Positions 12,301 through 23,714 are shown, numbered from the stretch's first letter. The stretch: 64,000 nucleotides of DNA from an uncultured Methanoregulaceae archaeon (GCA_963705255.1 OY970061.1:448001-512000), one strand, 5' to 3'. Program-made: numbers and translations. The notes: generated by a model from the letters alone, not told the origin.

Positions 12301-13299
12301 ATGTCTGAACTGAAATTATTACTTATCGGAGCCGGTCAGATTGGAAGTCGACATCTCCAATCCTTGGCAAAACTTCGGCCTAGTTCAGATATTTACGTGA
12401 TCGATCCTTCAAATATTGCACTAAAATTAGCAGAAGAACGGTATAATGAAGTAATCAATACTAGTTTAACTCCTCATAATCATACAACCTGTTTTTCAAC
12501 GGACTATGAAAACGTTCCAGCAGAAATAGATGTCGCAATTATTGCTACGACCTCAAATCATCGACTTGAAGCCATCAGATCCCTTTTAAGGAAAAGACAT
12601 CCAAAAAATATTATTTTGGAAAAAATTGCATTCCAAAATCCTCGTGATTTTATTGTTGCAGAGAATATGTTTGAAACGGCAAAATGTTCTGCATGGGTAA
12701 ATTGCCCCAGAAGATTCTGGGCGGGGTATCAACAGATCAGGGAGGAATTCAAAATATCTCCTGCACAGCAAAATTTGATGATAGTAACCGGTTCGAAATG
12801 GGGGTTGTGTTGTAATAGCATCCACTTTTTGGATTTGTATTCGTTTATTACCGATAACTCAGATCTGAAATTATATTCTGATCAGTTGGATAATAATATT
12901 CTCCCCGCGCAAAGGAATGGTTTTATTGAATTGTCCGGAATAGTGCACGGTCACGACTCAAGGGGCGGACAGATACTGATCAAAGATTATGAATACGGGA
13001 ATCTGCCTTTAATTGCATATTTTGAAAATGAAAATATCCGGTGTTATGTGGCTGAAAATCAAGGAATGGTCCACCTTTCCAAATCCGTCAACGACTGGAT
13101 TTGGGAGAAGATACCATTGCAACCTCTTCTCCAGAGCGAACTTACGCATCTGTACATCAATCAAATTTTAGAGAGTGGTTCCTGTAATCTTCCCACATTT
13201 AGAGATTCCTGGAAGATCCATACCCCCCTTTTGGAAGCATTAATTGCCCATATACAAAAGGTTACCAATACGGAGATTTCTGCATGTCCGATCACGTAA
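12301..13299 (+). CDS. Gfo/Idh/MocA-family oxidoreductase
   Basis: LIGAGQIGSRH Rossmann motif, ILEK, and SIHFLD. Confidence 0.8.
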   Translation: MSELKLLLIGAGQIGSRHLQSLAKLRPSSDIYVIDPSNIALKLAEERYNEVINTSLTPHNHTTCFSTDYENVPAEIDVAIIATTSNHRLEAIRSLLRKRHPKNIILEKIAFQNPRDFIVAENMFETAKCSAWVNCPRRFWAGYQQIREEFKISPAQQNLMIVTGSKWGLCCNSIHFLDLYSFITDNSDLKLYSDQLDNNILPAQRNGFIELSGIVHGHDSRGGQILIKDYEYGNLPLIAYFENENIRCYVAENQGMVHLSKSVNDWIWEKIPLQPLLQSELTHLYINQILESGSCNLPTFRDSWKIHTPLLEALIAHIQKVTNTEISACPIT

Positions 13300-14244
13300 C
13301 TGAAGATACAATTTTGTTAGTTGGTGCCGGGCCGATTGCCGTTGAATATGCAAAAGTCCTTACCGCACTTCATGTGCCGTATATTGTCGTAGGTCGGGGA
13401 TCAGACCTCGGCAGAAACATTCCTGAAAAAAACCGGGATTAAACCTATTGAAGGGGGATTGAAAAAATTTGTTGAAAATTCAGATGTGATCCCGAAGACT
13501 GCAATAATTGCGGTGGGAATTGATAGACTTTCTGCCTGTACCTTGATGCTTATCCAACATGATACAAAACAAATTTTGGTTGAAAAACCCGGGGGGCTGC
13601 TAACAAAAGAACTAGAATCTGTAAGAAAACTGGCGAAAAAATATGGATCACAGGTTTTCGTTGCGTATAACCGACGTTTTTTCGCTTCCACACTTAAAGC
13701 AAAAGAAATAATTCAGGAAGATGGGGGAGTAACCTCCTTTAATTTTGAATTCACAGAATGGAGTCATGAGATTCGATCTCTTTCCAAACCTAGAGAGATC
13801 AAAGAACGATGGTTCATCGCAAATTCAAGCCATGTGGCTGATTTGGCATTTTTTTTGGGGGGGGGACCTAAACATCTCAAATGTTTTACCTCCGGGCAAA
13901 TGGATTGGCACCATTCAGCATCTGTTTTTTCCGGTGCTGGTGTCTCTGAGAACGGTTCCTTATTCTCATACCAAGCGAACTGGGATGCCCCTGGAAGATG
14001 GGGGGTTGAGATTCTTACCCGGAATCACCGTTTGATACTCCGTCCACTTGAACAGCTTCATCTGCAAAAAAAGGGATCCACACTGATAGAAAAAGTTGAG
14101 ATTGATGATGCGTTGGATATTACATTCAAACCCGGCTTTTACAAACAGGTTAAAGCGTTTTTAAAAAATGAGACAACCGCCATGATGCCACTTGAAAAAC
14201 AACTAATGATGTTAACATTATACAACAAAATGGGGGGATACTAA
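13284..14244 (+). CDS. Gfo/Idh/MocA-family oxidoreductase, frameshift ~13400
   Basis: N-terminus MSDHVTEDTILLVGAGPIA from ATG 13284; LVEKP and VAYNRRF in the downstream frame. Confidence 0.8.
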
Positions 14245-14249
14245 AAATG

Positions 14250-14446
14250 ATGAGAGATCCATTTGAATCCCCAGTTTTTTCAAAACCGGAACAATGCCAA
14301 TCATATGAAACGTTATTCTCATGTCGACATATTTTCAAAGCATCTGAATTCTGATCGCAGACATCAACTAATGATAATGATGAATCCAGCTCGTTAAGAG
14401 ACCTGCACATAGCGGCGATTTATTCGGCCAATGCGACTTTCATCAT
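14250..14446 (-). pseudogene. possible N-terminal remnant of a Gfo/Idh/MocA-like gene
   Basis: GGAGG SD, then MMKVALAE*IAAMCRSLNELDSSLSLVDVCDQN with an internal stop; resembles MKVA...LVAVCD N-termini. Confidence 0.35.
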
Positions 14447-14453
14447 TTCCTCC

Positions 14454-15422
14454 CTAAATTAACTTGTACCAACGCCTACCAGCCCACAGGATTCGTTTTA
14501 ATGAGTTGAATAACCACATTTTAAGCAAGCCTTTTCGTATATATGGTAACCATTCGGGATTTGTTTCTTTGACCCATTTCTTAAACTCTTTCCAGTCTAA
14601 TTCTCCCAATTTATATAATTCGTAAACACTATCAGTTACAATTTCAATTGACCAAGGACTTGAAGGTTGGAAATACTTAATGATCCCTTTGGCATGCATA
14701 GTCCAAGTCCGGACTTCCTCTTCACGGCTCATTTCCACGTCTATTTCCACCCACTTTACTTTGCGTGACCAGGGAGTTGGTTTCCTCATGGTCTGGTGAT
14801 AGTGAAAGGTATCTGTTACTTTACCTTCTTTGAATCCTGCTTTGTGAACAATATCGGCAAAAACAAAATCTTCCTGCCGATAAACATAATCATCATCAAT
14901 TCTTTTTAAATTGTTCTCAAACGCTTGTTTACGCCCCATCTGACTTCCTGCCCAAGGACGGTTTCTATAATCGCCTTCGTATTCCACTAATATTGTATGT
15001 CGCATAGGACAGCCAAACCAGTCGTAATCCACCTGATGCTTGTGCATCGCATCAAACCATCCCTTTGGAAGATACGCATCAGAATGCACGTAAATGAACC
15101 AATCCGTTTCAACCGTTTCTATTAACTTGCGAATGCTGTATCCCAAGGATATATATTTTCGATGGTCAAGGACTTGGACTCGGGGGAACCTCTGGGCTAT
15201 TGCTATCGAGTCATCAATGCAGCCTCCATCACCGATCAATAGTGTGTGAATAGGGATTTCCCGGTAAAATGAGAATAAATTTGCTTCCCACAGTTCATTC
15301 GTGTGAATTACGGGGATAATTACGTCAATGCCCCTTTCGGGATGCTCCAGATAACGATCAACAAATGGTTGTTCAGTATAATACTCCCGAAAAATTGAGT
15401 TCTCCTGCTCATTCATAATCAT
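14454..15422 (-). CDS. GT-A fold (family 2-like) glycosyltransferase
   Basis: DVIIPV, IGDGGCIDDS and YVHSDAY motifs. Confidence 0.7.
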   Translation of the reverse strand: MIMNEQENSIFREYYTEQPFVDRYLEHPERGIDVIIPVIHTNELWEANLFSFYREIPIHTLLIGDGGCIDDSIAIAQRFPRVQVLDHRKYISLGYSIRKLIETVETDWFIYVHSDAYLPKGWFDAMHKHQVDYDWFGCPMRHTILVEYEGDYRNRPWAGSQMGRKQAFENNLKRIDDDYVYRQEDFVFADIVHKAGFKEGKVTDTFHYHQTMRKPTPWSRKVKWVEIDVEMSREEEVRTWTMHAKGIIKYFQPSSPWSIEIVTDSVYELYKLGELDWKEFKKWVKETNPEWLPYIRKGLLKMWLFNSLKRILWAGRRWYKLI

Positions 15423-16385
15423 GTTTTCCTTTTATGTTGTTCCAAAGCTTCGTATACTAGATTCCGCACCATTTCATGAAAAGTGACTGATGGGTTCCAT
15501 CCGGTTTGTTCCCGCAATTTTTCTGCGTTTCCTATAAGACCCGGCATTTGTCGCGTGAGAATATCTTCTCTTTCTTCAACATAATTTTTCCAATCCAGTC
15601 CCAATTCGTGGAATGTAATCTCAATAAATTCTTTGACGGTGTGGGGTTGTCCTGTTGCAATGATAAAGTCATCCGGATTGGGAAGGGCCAATATTTGTTT
15701 CATCGCCATCACGTAATCAGGAGCATACCCCCAATCGGCAACGGCAGTCAGATCTCCCACAACTAATTTTTCCTGCTCTGATCTGCTTATTCGGACAGCG
15801 GAATGGATAATTTTTGCGGATAGGTAATTCTCACTCCGGTATCGTGATTCATGATTATAGAGGATTCCAACTGCAACAAATAGACCGAATTTTTCACGAT
15901 AAAATCGCGATAAAAAAAGTCCCGCGGCCTTGGTAATTCCGTAGATTGTTACCGGGTTTGCCGGGGTGGCTTCATCCTGCGGTTCACGGAAAGGATTTCC
16001 AAAAATATGTGAAGATCCTGCATAAAAAATTCGTGTGTGGGGGGAAAAGAGCCGGATTGCTTCGAGGAAATTCAGAAGGGATTGGGTATTGACCGCATAA
16101 CTTTGCTGCCACAAGTTCCTGGTTTCACAAACTACGTCCTCGGAAGAATTATGATAGGCCGCAAGATGATAAACCTCGTCTGGTTGGAAAAAACGGATTA
16201 GTGAAGAAACCTCTTGTGCATCACAAATATTTATCGTATTTATCGGCAGGCGATCCTGATTCGTACGAATGCCGGATCTGCCAAGACCTATAATCTGATA
16301 ATTATTCTTCTCGAGAAGCTGGTACAGCAGAGTTCCATCCTGCCCGTTACTTCCGATTATAATCGCGTTTCTGATTTTAACCCAC
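15419..16385 (-). CDS. gmd: GDP-mannose 4,6-dehydratase-like SDR
   Basis: YGITK, YNHES, DWGYAPDYV. The frame continues upstream through IIGSNGQDG; GTG 16385 comes into frame if one G of the adjacent run is removed. Confidence 0.75.
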
Positions 16386-16423
16386 CTTCAGAGAAATCAT
16401 CGGATAACCGTAGGAATCTCCCT

Positions 16424-17686
16424 TTAAATCAGAGTGAAATACGGCATAGGTACAATGAAACGACCCCCGGCTCGCAGATACTCCTTTTCTCGGATCATAA
16501 ATTCTTCAATAAAATGCCATGGAAGGACCAGAAAATAATCGGGATTCGCAGCGCGAGCAGCTTCTTCAGAAACGATGGGGATATGTGTGCCTACAGTAAC
16601 CTTGCCCCATTTATCAGGATTGCGTTCCGCTGCTGCGGTAATCAGCGTATTATCCAGACCAAAATACTGGAGTAGTGTATTTCCTTTTGTGGATGCCCCA
16701 TACACATATATTTTTTTACCTTGTTGTACTTGGTCTCGTATGAAACTGACAATATCATCTTTGATACGTTCAACGCGTTCGGCAAATTCAATGTACCGTT
16801 GTGGATTATCCAGCCCCATCTCGATCTCGGTTTGTCTGAATGCCTCAACTCGATCACTTGCCAGCTTGCGATAGGTTGCATCTCCAAAAGCATCTTTATT
16901 GGCATGAATATTACGGATATATACCCTGATACTGCCACCATTGACATCGTTCACTTCCATATCCACTACCTCCATATCGTAAAGATGCAATAAATATTCA
17001 AGAGACTGCAACGAATAATACTCAAGGTGTTCGTGACAGATGTTCCCGACTTCATTTGTCTTGAGCATCAGGGGGAGATAACTCATCTGGATAATCCAAA
17101 TACCATCCGGGTGCATCACTGCCTTTACCGATTCTACAAATTTCCTTGGCTCTTCCAGATCATAGAACATCGCAATGCTGGTGACAATCTTGGGTCGGAC
17201 CTTTTTAAGGCCGGCATCTGCCAGGTAGTTATCGTCTGTAAAAAAATCTACGACAAGTTTGTCGGCAATTTTTACCGAGTATTTCGCCAGATTCTTGGCG
17301 GGATCAAAACCAATCTTGAATAAACCCTCAGTTTTATATGCCTTCAACAGCGTGCCATCATTGCATCCAATATCCAGGACTGCGTCCCCTTTGTGGACAT
17401 GTATCAGTTCTTCAGATTTGTTGGCAATTTCAGCTAAAGCTTCACACATGGTCCTGTTTGTACCGGAGCAATACCAGTAATTCTGATACATTGCCTCTGC
17501 AGGTACCGTATGTTTGAGTTGGAGGAGCCGGCATCTCTCACATAAAACAAGTTCCAGCGGTGCTAGGACGCCATCGGGTTTACCGGGTTCGGGAAAATCG
17601 GAGACATAGTGCTCTCCTAATGAAAGGATTGGTTTGAGAGAGCTATCACATACCCGACAGGTTTTTCGTTTTTTCATTTGAATCAT
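16424..17686 (-). CDS. NDP-sugar C-methyltransferase-like protein (Zn-binding N-terminus, SAM domain)
   Basis: CRVC...CERC, LDIGCNDG, HEHLEYY, YGASTKGNT and VLPWHF. Confidence 0.85.
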   Translation of the reverse strand: MIQMKKRKTCRVCDSSLKPILSLGEHYVSDFPEPGKPDGVLAPLELVLCERCRLLQLKHTVPAEAMYQNYWYCSGTNRTMCEALAEIANKSEELIHVHKGDAVLDIGCNDGTLLKAYKTEGLFKIGFDPAKNLAKYSVKIADKLVVDFFTDDNYLADAGLKKVRPKIVTSIAMFYDLEEPRKFVESVKAVMHPDGIWIIQMSYLPLMLKTNEVGNICHEHLEYYSLQSLEYLLHLYDMEVVDMEVNDVNGGSIRVYIRNIHANKDAFGDATYRKLASDRVEAFRQTEIEMGLDNPQRYIEFAERVERIKDDIVSFIRDQVQQGKKIYVYGASTKGNTLLQYFGLDNTLITAAAERNPDKWGKVTVGTHIPIVSEEAARAANPDYFLVLPWHFIEEFMIREKEYLRAGGRFIVPMPYFTLI

Positions 17687-17742
17687 CTAAAAAATTTTAG
17701 TTTAATTAATCTTTATCTAAGTCTATAAGATTCATTCTCTCA

Positions 17743-18777
17743 TTATTTTTGTGCAATGACTTTCATTACACTTCCACGCTTGGTCTTATTTGCCATTATG
17801 GGAGTTATAGTGCGATCCAGCCAGCAAACCGGTGGAACCAGAAATGGCAAGCATAGAAATCTCAACAAATTCTGGCGTTGTTTAGTGATTGACCATGGAT
17901 ATATTGTGGTAAAAGTTGGTTTTATGAAATAATCAAGGATATCACTGATTGTAAAATCTAACGATGAGTAAATCACGTTTTTTACCTTAAAGCCGTTTTG
18001 TTCCAATGCGTTACCCAGTGATTTTGGCGACCAGTGGAGGGGGTGTTCAAAACCAAAAATCACCGTATGTTTTTCGCGTACTATGTGATGTATAAGTCCA
18101 TCAATATTGTGAGTCTCTATGAATAATAGTGAGCCAGGTTTTGCAATACGGCTCAGTTCTGCTAAAAATGGCTTGGGATTCGTAATATGTTCGATAACAT
18201 CACGCATATAGATAACATCGAACATTTCATTTTCAAAATGAATATTGAAGAGATCCTTATTATAAATTGTATTCCCTAATGATTTCCGTGCAATCTGACA
18301 ATTTTTTTCGTTCAACTCCACCCCATATACCTGATATCCACGCTCTTTAGCTTTCGTCAGGAAATTGCCTTTTGCGCATCCGATTTCCAGAATTTTTCCG
18401 CGTTTACCTTTCCCGTGTTGATCGATTATGTCCAGATTTTCGAAATTAATTTTATCGTCAAGAACAGTAGAGGAAGAAACTGTGTCGAACTTGGTCTCAT
18501 TATAAATGGCATTCACATTGCTGTTGTAAAAAGCATAGGTGGCAGCCTGATTCAGATGCGGATTCATATATACCATCGAGCAGTTTGAGCATTTGACATA
18601 ATGAAACCCATCCTTTTCGAACATCGCGATGGTTTGTTCTGAATCACAGACCGGGCAGGGAGTATATTCTGAAAACTGAGATTTTATTGACCGTGTTTCA
18701 TTATCAAAAAGGAGATCGTGCTGCTCACGGAGTGCAGTATTCCAACGGATTTGCCAGTTCAAAATTTTAGTCTCCAT
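17743..18777 (-). CDS. class I SAM methyltransferase with N-terminal Zn ribbon
   Basis: CPVC...CSNC, LEIGCAKG, DVIEH. Confidence 0.82.
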   Translation of the reverse strand: METKILNWQIRWNTALREQHDLLFDNETRSIKSQFSEYTPCPVCDSEQTIAMFEKDGFHYVKCSNCSMVYMNPHLNQAATYAFYNSNVNAIYNETKFDTVSSSTVLDDKINFENLDIIDQHGKGKRGKILEIGCAKGNFLTKAKERGYQVYGVELNEKNCQIARKSLGNTIYNKDLFNIHFENEMFDVIYMRDVIEHITNPKPFLAELSRIAKPGSLLFIETHNIDGLIHHIVREKHTVIFGFEHPLHWSPKSLGNALEQNGFKVKNVIYSSLDFTISDILDYFIKPTFTTIYPWSITKQRQNLLRFLCLPFLVPPVCWLDRTITPIMANKTKRGSVMKVIAQK

Positions 18778-18997
18778 TTGTGCTATCGACTTGAATATTT
18801 TACGATAAGTCTTCTAAATATTAATCTCTCTGGATTTGCCATCAAATCAAACCTGTTTATATGGGCGATAATGAATCAACTATAACTTCTTAAAAAATCC
18901 GGCGTATATTATACGATAAAATATCTTAAAAAAATCCAATTTTATGTCACTCATGATTATCCCCTATTAGTTATTAGAGGTACCATTAAAAACATGC

Positions 18998-20050
18998 TTA
19001 AATAAGATCAGACCATTTTAATTCATCGTCAAATTTCAAATTATGTTTCACGGTTCGACCAATTACGTAATTTACTTCATTGGGTGAGATTCCTGTTCCG
19101 GGTCTTTTATAATCTAAATCCCCAATGCTAATTTTTTCACCTTTTTTCATTGGTCGGCTAATGACAATACATCTACGAAATTTTTTTCTTTTCTCAATCT
19201 CCAACTTGGTTAGCGACCGGGTTGAATTACCAAGCGCATCAAAGACGTTTTTCCCGTCCCTCACAATAATCTGAAGTTCTGATGGATCGCAAGAAATTGC
19301 GTGATCCCAGCCGTCTAAATTTTTGTCGAGGGTAAAATGTTTTTCAATAATACAGGCTCCAAGAGCGATTGCGGCCAAAGGAATTGCCGTTCCAAGAGAA
19401 TGGTCGCTGAATCCAACAGGTACATCAAATGTTCTACGTAGCATCGTTATATTCCGGAGATTGATTGTTTCATAAGCAGGGGGGTATATTGAGATACAAT
19501 GAAGAAGGGCAATAGATCCTGCACCTCCTTTTTTCAGTACATAAATAGCTTGTTCAATCTCACCAATGGTTGCCATCCCGGTTGAAAGAATAACCGGTTT
19601 ATGTTTACTGGCAACATACTTGAGAAGGGGAATATGATTCACATCCATTGAAGAAATTTTAAACGCCGGTACGTCAATATCATTCAAGAGATCGACTTCC
19701 TCTCCTGAAAAGCTACTCGAAATGAAAGTGATGCCTTTTTTATCACAATATTTTTTTACCTCATAGTGCTGCTGAACGGTAAGCTGATATTTTTCAACCA
19801 TTTCTTCGAGGGAGCCAAAATGTTTCTTTTTATCTGCGTAATTTGTATTGCGCTGGTATTCTGCATGGGAAATGAGGGATGATTTTGACCATGATTGAAA
19901 TTTTACTGCATCCGCTCCACATCGTTTTGCGCTAACAATTAATTTTTTACACAATTCCATGTCGCCATTGTGATTGGATCCGATCTCTGCAATAATATAC
20001 GGTGGTTCACCGGGTCCGATAAGCTTACCATTAAGATTTAATTTTTCCAT
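18998..20050 (-). CDS. neuB: nonulosonic acid synthase (NeuB family), copy 2
   Basis: IAEIGSNHNGD, AVKFQ, GFSDH, EKHFTLD, KRPGTG. Confidence 0.9.
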   Translation of the reverse strand: MEKLNLNGKLIGPGEPPYIIAEIGSNHNGDMELCKKLIVSAKRCGADAVKFQSWSKSSLISHAEYQRNTNYADKKKHFGSLEEMVEKYQLTVQQHYEVKKYCDKKGITFISSSFSGEEVDLLNDIDVPAFKISSMDVNHIPLLKYVASKHKPVILSTGMATIGEIEQAIYVLKKGGAGSIALLHCISIYPPAYETINLRNITMLRRTFDVPVGFSDHSLGTAIPLAAIALGACIIEKHFTLDKNLDGWDHAISCDPSELQIIVRDGKNVFDALGNSTRSLTKLEIEKRKKFRRCIVISRPMKKGEKISIGDLDYKRPGTGISPNEVNYVIGRTVKHNLKFDDELKWSDLI

Positions 20051-20944
20051 ATCTCCTCCAGGTCAGGATGAGCAACGCATACCCACCATATATGGTTTGA
20101 TGGCAATTGGTTTAACTTCCGAACGTATTCTTGAAATTTTTTGGGTGATTGTTTGATGGAATTATAAAATGATTCGACATTATTTTGTGCCGTTTCAAAT
20201 AAAACACGTTTTGAATCAGGAATTTCAGGAATGTTGTTCAAAATGCAATGATAATGATATAGCACGCGTTCCGTCGAAAGGATGATTATTTCCGGGGTGA
20301 ATGGAGGTATAACGCGAGCAGTATTAAGGGACCACTGTCTGTATAACATTCTTTCCTTCGGATCAAAGCACATCCGTGCTCCCTGTAACCAAGACCCGCG
20401 TGGCGAGAAACCAATCAAGAAGAACGCAGTCCTTAGGAAATGGTAAACAATTGCAAAGCACACTAGATGAATAAGTTGTATTAGATAGACCAAAAATGTT
20501 GAACTGCGGTATGAGGGATGAAATATCAATCTGTGGGGGCATTTTAAATGAAATATTCATATCTGTACCGCTCTCATCAATAATTTTCATGGCACACCCA
20601 TATACATCATAGTGTTTCATTGAAGAACGTGAAACTGATACGCGTGACGGGGCAAGGATATCATCACTATCAACAAAAACAATGCTATTATAGTGCTCAA
20701 TCATTTGCTCTATGGCTCGCTGGCGGAGAGTGATATTTGACTCATTGGTTTCACGTTCTATGCAGGTAATCGGAAAATCATCGGAGAAAAATTTTGCAAT
20801 TTCTCTTTTGCGAATCCGATCAAGTCCAATCCAGAGATCAAACTTTGTATCGGTTTGGGTTGACAAAGATTTAAAAAAATCGGGAAGAAATTCTGTTCCC
20901 TCTGGATACACTGTTGTAAAAAGAGCTATTCTATTACGTGGCAT
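20038..20944 (-). CDS. GT-A fold glycosyltransferase-like protein, frameshift ~20394
   Basis: SLSTQTD, FVDSDD (DxD-like), LDWF, YRQ; two overlapping ORFs joined by one deletion. Confidence 0.6.
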
Positions 20945-21642
20945 TAATATTCAGTCATCCTTTTGCGCATTAAAATCTCTGCCAGTCTCCAGTCATCCTC
21001 TGTATCGATATCAATGGCATGATCCCACGGTATTTCCCATCCCGTTCTATGAGGGCAATAGAAGGTTTTTTCACGCCGAAGTGTATCCGGTTTTATCCAC
21101 CAGATCGCACCAGTTGGACAAAAAAGTTCAGGGAGATCCTGACTTCTTTTTTTCAACTGCTCCTCAAAAATGGGGGAGACTATGTTGTTCTTATTTTTTG
21201 TCATCGCCCACCAAGGGTTTAGCCAATTATATCTAGTTAGAGAGATCTGCGATTCAGTTTTTGATCTAATAAATTGGGAAAAACTATTCATAATATCCAT
21301 AGAATCTCGTAATGGACAAATGGGCATTAATTGCGCGATAGAATCAAATTTTTTGTGGGTAGGGTCTAATGATTCAAGCATATCCAACGTGACTAGGGAG
21401 ACGGGACTATAATCATCAGCAAGAGTTGATTTTCTGATATAAGGTATTTCTGCACCGTATTCTCCAGAAATTTCGGCAATTTCCTGGCTGTCAGTGCTGA
21501 CAATGATATGAGAAAACAGGTTACTTTTTTTTGCTGCCTCAATGGTATATGCAATAATTGGTTTCCCACAGAATTGCCGGATATTTTTTTTAGGTATGCG
21601 TTTGGATCCCCCTCGAGCGGGAATAACCGCAATAGCATCCAT
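20944..21642 (-). CDS. neuA: acylneuraminate cytidylyltransferase (NeuA/PseF-like), copy 2
   Basis: IPARGGSKRIPKKN, VSTD, RSQDL, DIDTEDD; AGGAGG SD upstream of ATG 21642. Confidence 0.9.
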   Translation of the reverse strand: MDAIAVIPARGGSKRIPKKNIRQFCGKPIIAYTIEAAKKSNLFSHIIVSTDSQEIAEISGEYGAEIPYIRKSTLADDYSPVSLVTLDMLESLDPTHKKFDSIAQLMPICPLRDSMDIMNSFSQFIRSKTESQISLTRYNWLNPWWAMTKNKNNIVSPIFEEQLKKRSQDLPELFCPTGAIWWIKPDTLRREKTFYCPHRTGWEIPWDHAIDIDTEDDWRLAEILMRKRMTEY

Positions 21643-21708
21643 TTTTATGATTTTCCTCCTTATTTCCATTGGAAATTATGTATTATTAATTATGAAGGTT
21701 GTTTAAAT

Positions 21709-22914
21709 TTACTTCTGATATTCTTTAAGACATACTTTGCCATATGAGGATGATCCTCCCCATATATTATCCTTAACCCACTCTCCCCTTTCAATTCTCC
21801 ATACACGTTTATCTCTAAAAGTATCTGCTATCTGGTCAAATTCTTCTTCATTCATATCAACATATTTTAACCAGCGCTCAAGATCTCGGCGGGGTTTTAT
21901 ATGATCGTATTTTCGAACCATCTCTATTCCCTGCTCACGGGTCATAATACCTAAACGAATATCTTTTGTTGCATGATCCGATCCTCGACCATATCCAAAT
22001 TTAACGAATTTCATATAGTCATGGATACCATTCTCATGCATATCATCTAAATTCGAGATTAAACGATATGTTCGTTCAAAAGGTTGTTGTGCTGCTCTCC
22101 ATCCATAAAGATCCATTGAAAGTTTCGCATTTTTATTACCATCCCATGGAACATAATTTCCTAGATAAATACCACGGATTCCTACAGTATCAATTTCTTC
22201 ATCCGTCGGATATTGACCCCACAATAAATCTTTTTCAGTTAGCCCCTCTTTTAATTCAGGTCGCCCCATACGTTCAAGCCCTTCATCTGTAAAATCGAAC
22301 CAATCGTATCCATGTAAAAAATGTTCCACGCGTGTTTTCGCTGTGAATTCTGGGAAATCATTAAACGAGAACATCCCACATAAATCCAGCCAAGTATGTT
22401 CACCCCAAAGAATCAACGGGACTTTGTATCGAACTGCCATTTGAATTGGAATTGTTGAAATACCACAATGATTTTGCCAGTTCATATCCCCCTGAAGTTT
22501 GAATCCAAGGCGATTCATTTTTATTAAAATATTTATGCTCGGTTTAAAGATAATGTGATCGCAACCGAAAACCTCACTCATTCGTTGAAGATTGTATTCT
22601 GCCTCAGGGAGGTAATTATTTCCATGATAAGTAATCAAAAGAGGATTGAGCCCTAGTTCTTCGATCGCAAAATGAGTCTGGAAATAACTGTCTTTTCCCC
22701 CACTTACAGGAATGATAATATCGTAGTTACTATGAGATCTATATGAATTAACAATCTTTTTTAATTTTTCTAACCTCTCACCCCAATTAATATACTTCTG
22801 CTGATCATGGACTCTGCACCCTGAACAAACACCATTTTCATCAAAGGTTAGTGGTGTTGCGGCCATTGCGGGATATACACATTTTGTACAATATGTCACG
22901 CTCAAAATTTCCAC
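21709..22914 (-). CDS. N-acetyl sugar amidotransferase (WbuX/PseA-type, PP-loop)
   Basis: CTKC...CSGC, SGGKDS PP-loop, KFGYGR. Confidence 0.88.
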   Translation of the reverse strand: MEILSVTYCTKCVYPAMAATPLTFDENGVCSGCRVHDQQKYINWGERLEKLKKIVNSYRSHSNYDIIIPVSGGKDSYFQTHFAIEELGLNPLLITYHGNNYLPEAEYNLQRMSEVFGCDHIIFKPSINILIKMNRLGFKLQGDMNWQNHCGISTIPIQMAVRYKVPLILWGEHTWLDLCGMFSFNDFPEFTAKTRVEHFLHGYDWFDFTDEGLERMGRPELKEGLTEKDLLWGQYPTDEEIDTVGIRGIYLGNYVPWDGNKNAKLSMDLYGWRAAQQPFERTYRLISNLDDMHENGIHDYMKFVKFGYGRGSDHATKDIRLGIMTREQGIEMVRKYDHIKPRRDLERWLKYVDMNEEEFDQIADTFRDKRVWRIERGEWVKDNIWGGSSSYGKVCLKEYQK

Positions 22915-22918
22915 CTTA

Positions 22919-23704
22919 CTATAAACGAATGTTAATACCTGCCCTGGCTAACGCTCGTTTTCCCCCGCGATCCGCCAAGTCTTTGAAATGCCAGATATTT
23001 GCTGCGGCAACAGCTGAAGCACCTGCATGAATCCCCTCCTCATAATCCTCATAACATCCCACACCGCTGCAAGCAATAACAGGGATTGAGGTAGCAGAGC
23101 ATACATCTTCAATTAACTTTATATCATATCCTCGACCAGTTCCATCCCGATCAATACTTTGTAACAATATTTCACCTGCCCCACATCTTTCTGCTTCTTT
23201 TGCCCATTGTTCTGGATTTACTCCAGTCGGGGTACGACCGCCATCAATAAACACTTCGGTTGAGTTATTATCTCGTAATACATCAATACTGATAACGATG
23301 GCTTGACTACCGAATGTTTCAGCGGCTTTTGTAATTAGTTTAGGATTGCGAAATGCTTCTGAGTTGATAGTAATTTTATCTGCTCCATGTAAAAATTTTT
23401 CTCGCATATCTTCAATGGATCGGATGCGTCCTCCATAGGTAAGGGGCATAAAACACGTCTTACTGACACAGTCAAGAATGCTTACTGGGTCGTCTAAATT
23501 CTTTATTTTCAAATCATCACGACGTAAATCGTATTGATCGTGTCTACTTATGTCCAAATAAATCAATTCATCAACGTTCCATTCATTAAATCTCTTTACT
23601 TCATAAATAGGATTGCCAATAATTTGATGAATTTTAAATATCTCACTTCGAACTAGTAAACCATTTTGTAATAATAATATTGGTATTAACCTTTTTTTTA
23701 ACAT
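22919..23704 (-). CDS. hisF: HisF-like cyclase paralog (WbuZ-type)
   Basis: DELIYLDI, LTYGGRI, GADKI, SIDRDGTG; sits beside the amidotransferase rather than in a his operon. Confidence 0.85.
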   Translation of the reverse strand: MLKKRLIPILLLQNGLLVRSEIFKIHQIIGNPIYEVKRFNEWNVDELIYLDISRHDQYDLRRDDLKIKNLDDPVSILDCVSKTCFMPLTYGGRIRSIEDMREKFLHGADKITINSEAFRNPKLITKAAETFGSQAIVISIDVLRDNNSTEVFIDGGRTPTGVNPEQWAKEAERCGAGEILLQSIDRDGTGRGYDIKLIEDVCSATSIPVIACSGVGCYEDYEEGIHAGASAVAAANIWHFKDLADRGGKRALARAGINIRL

Positions 23705-23714
23705 TTTCTCACCA

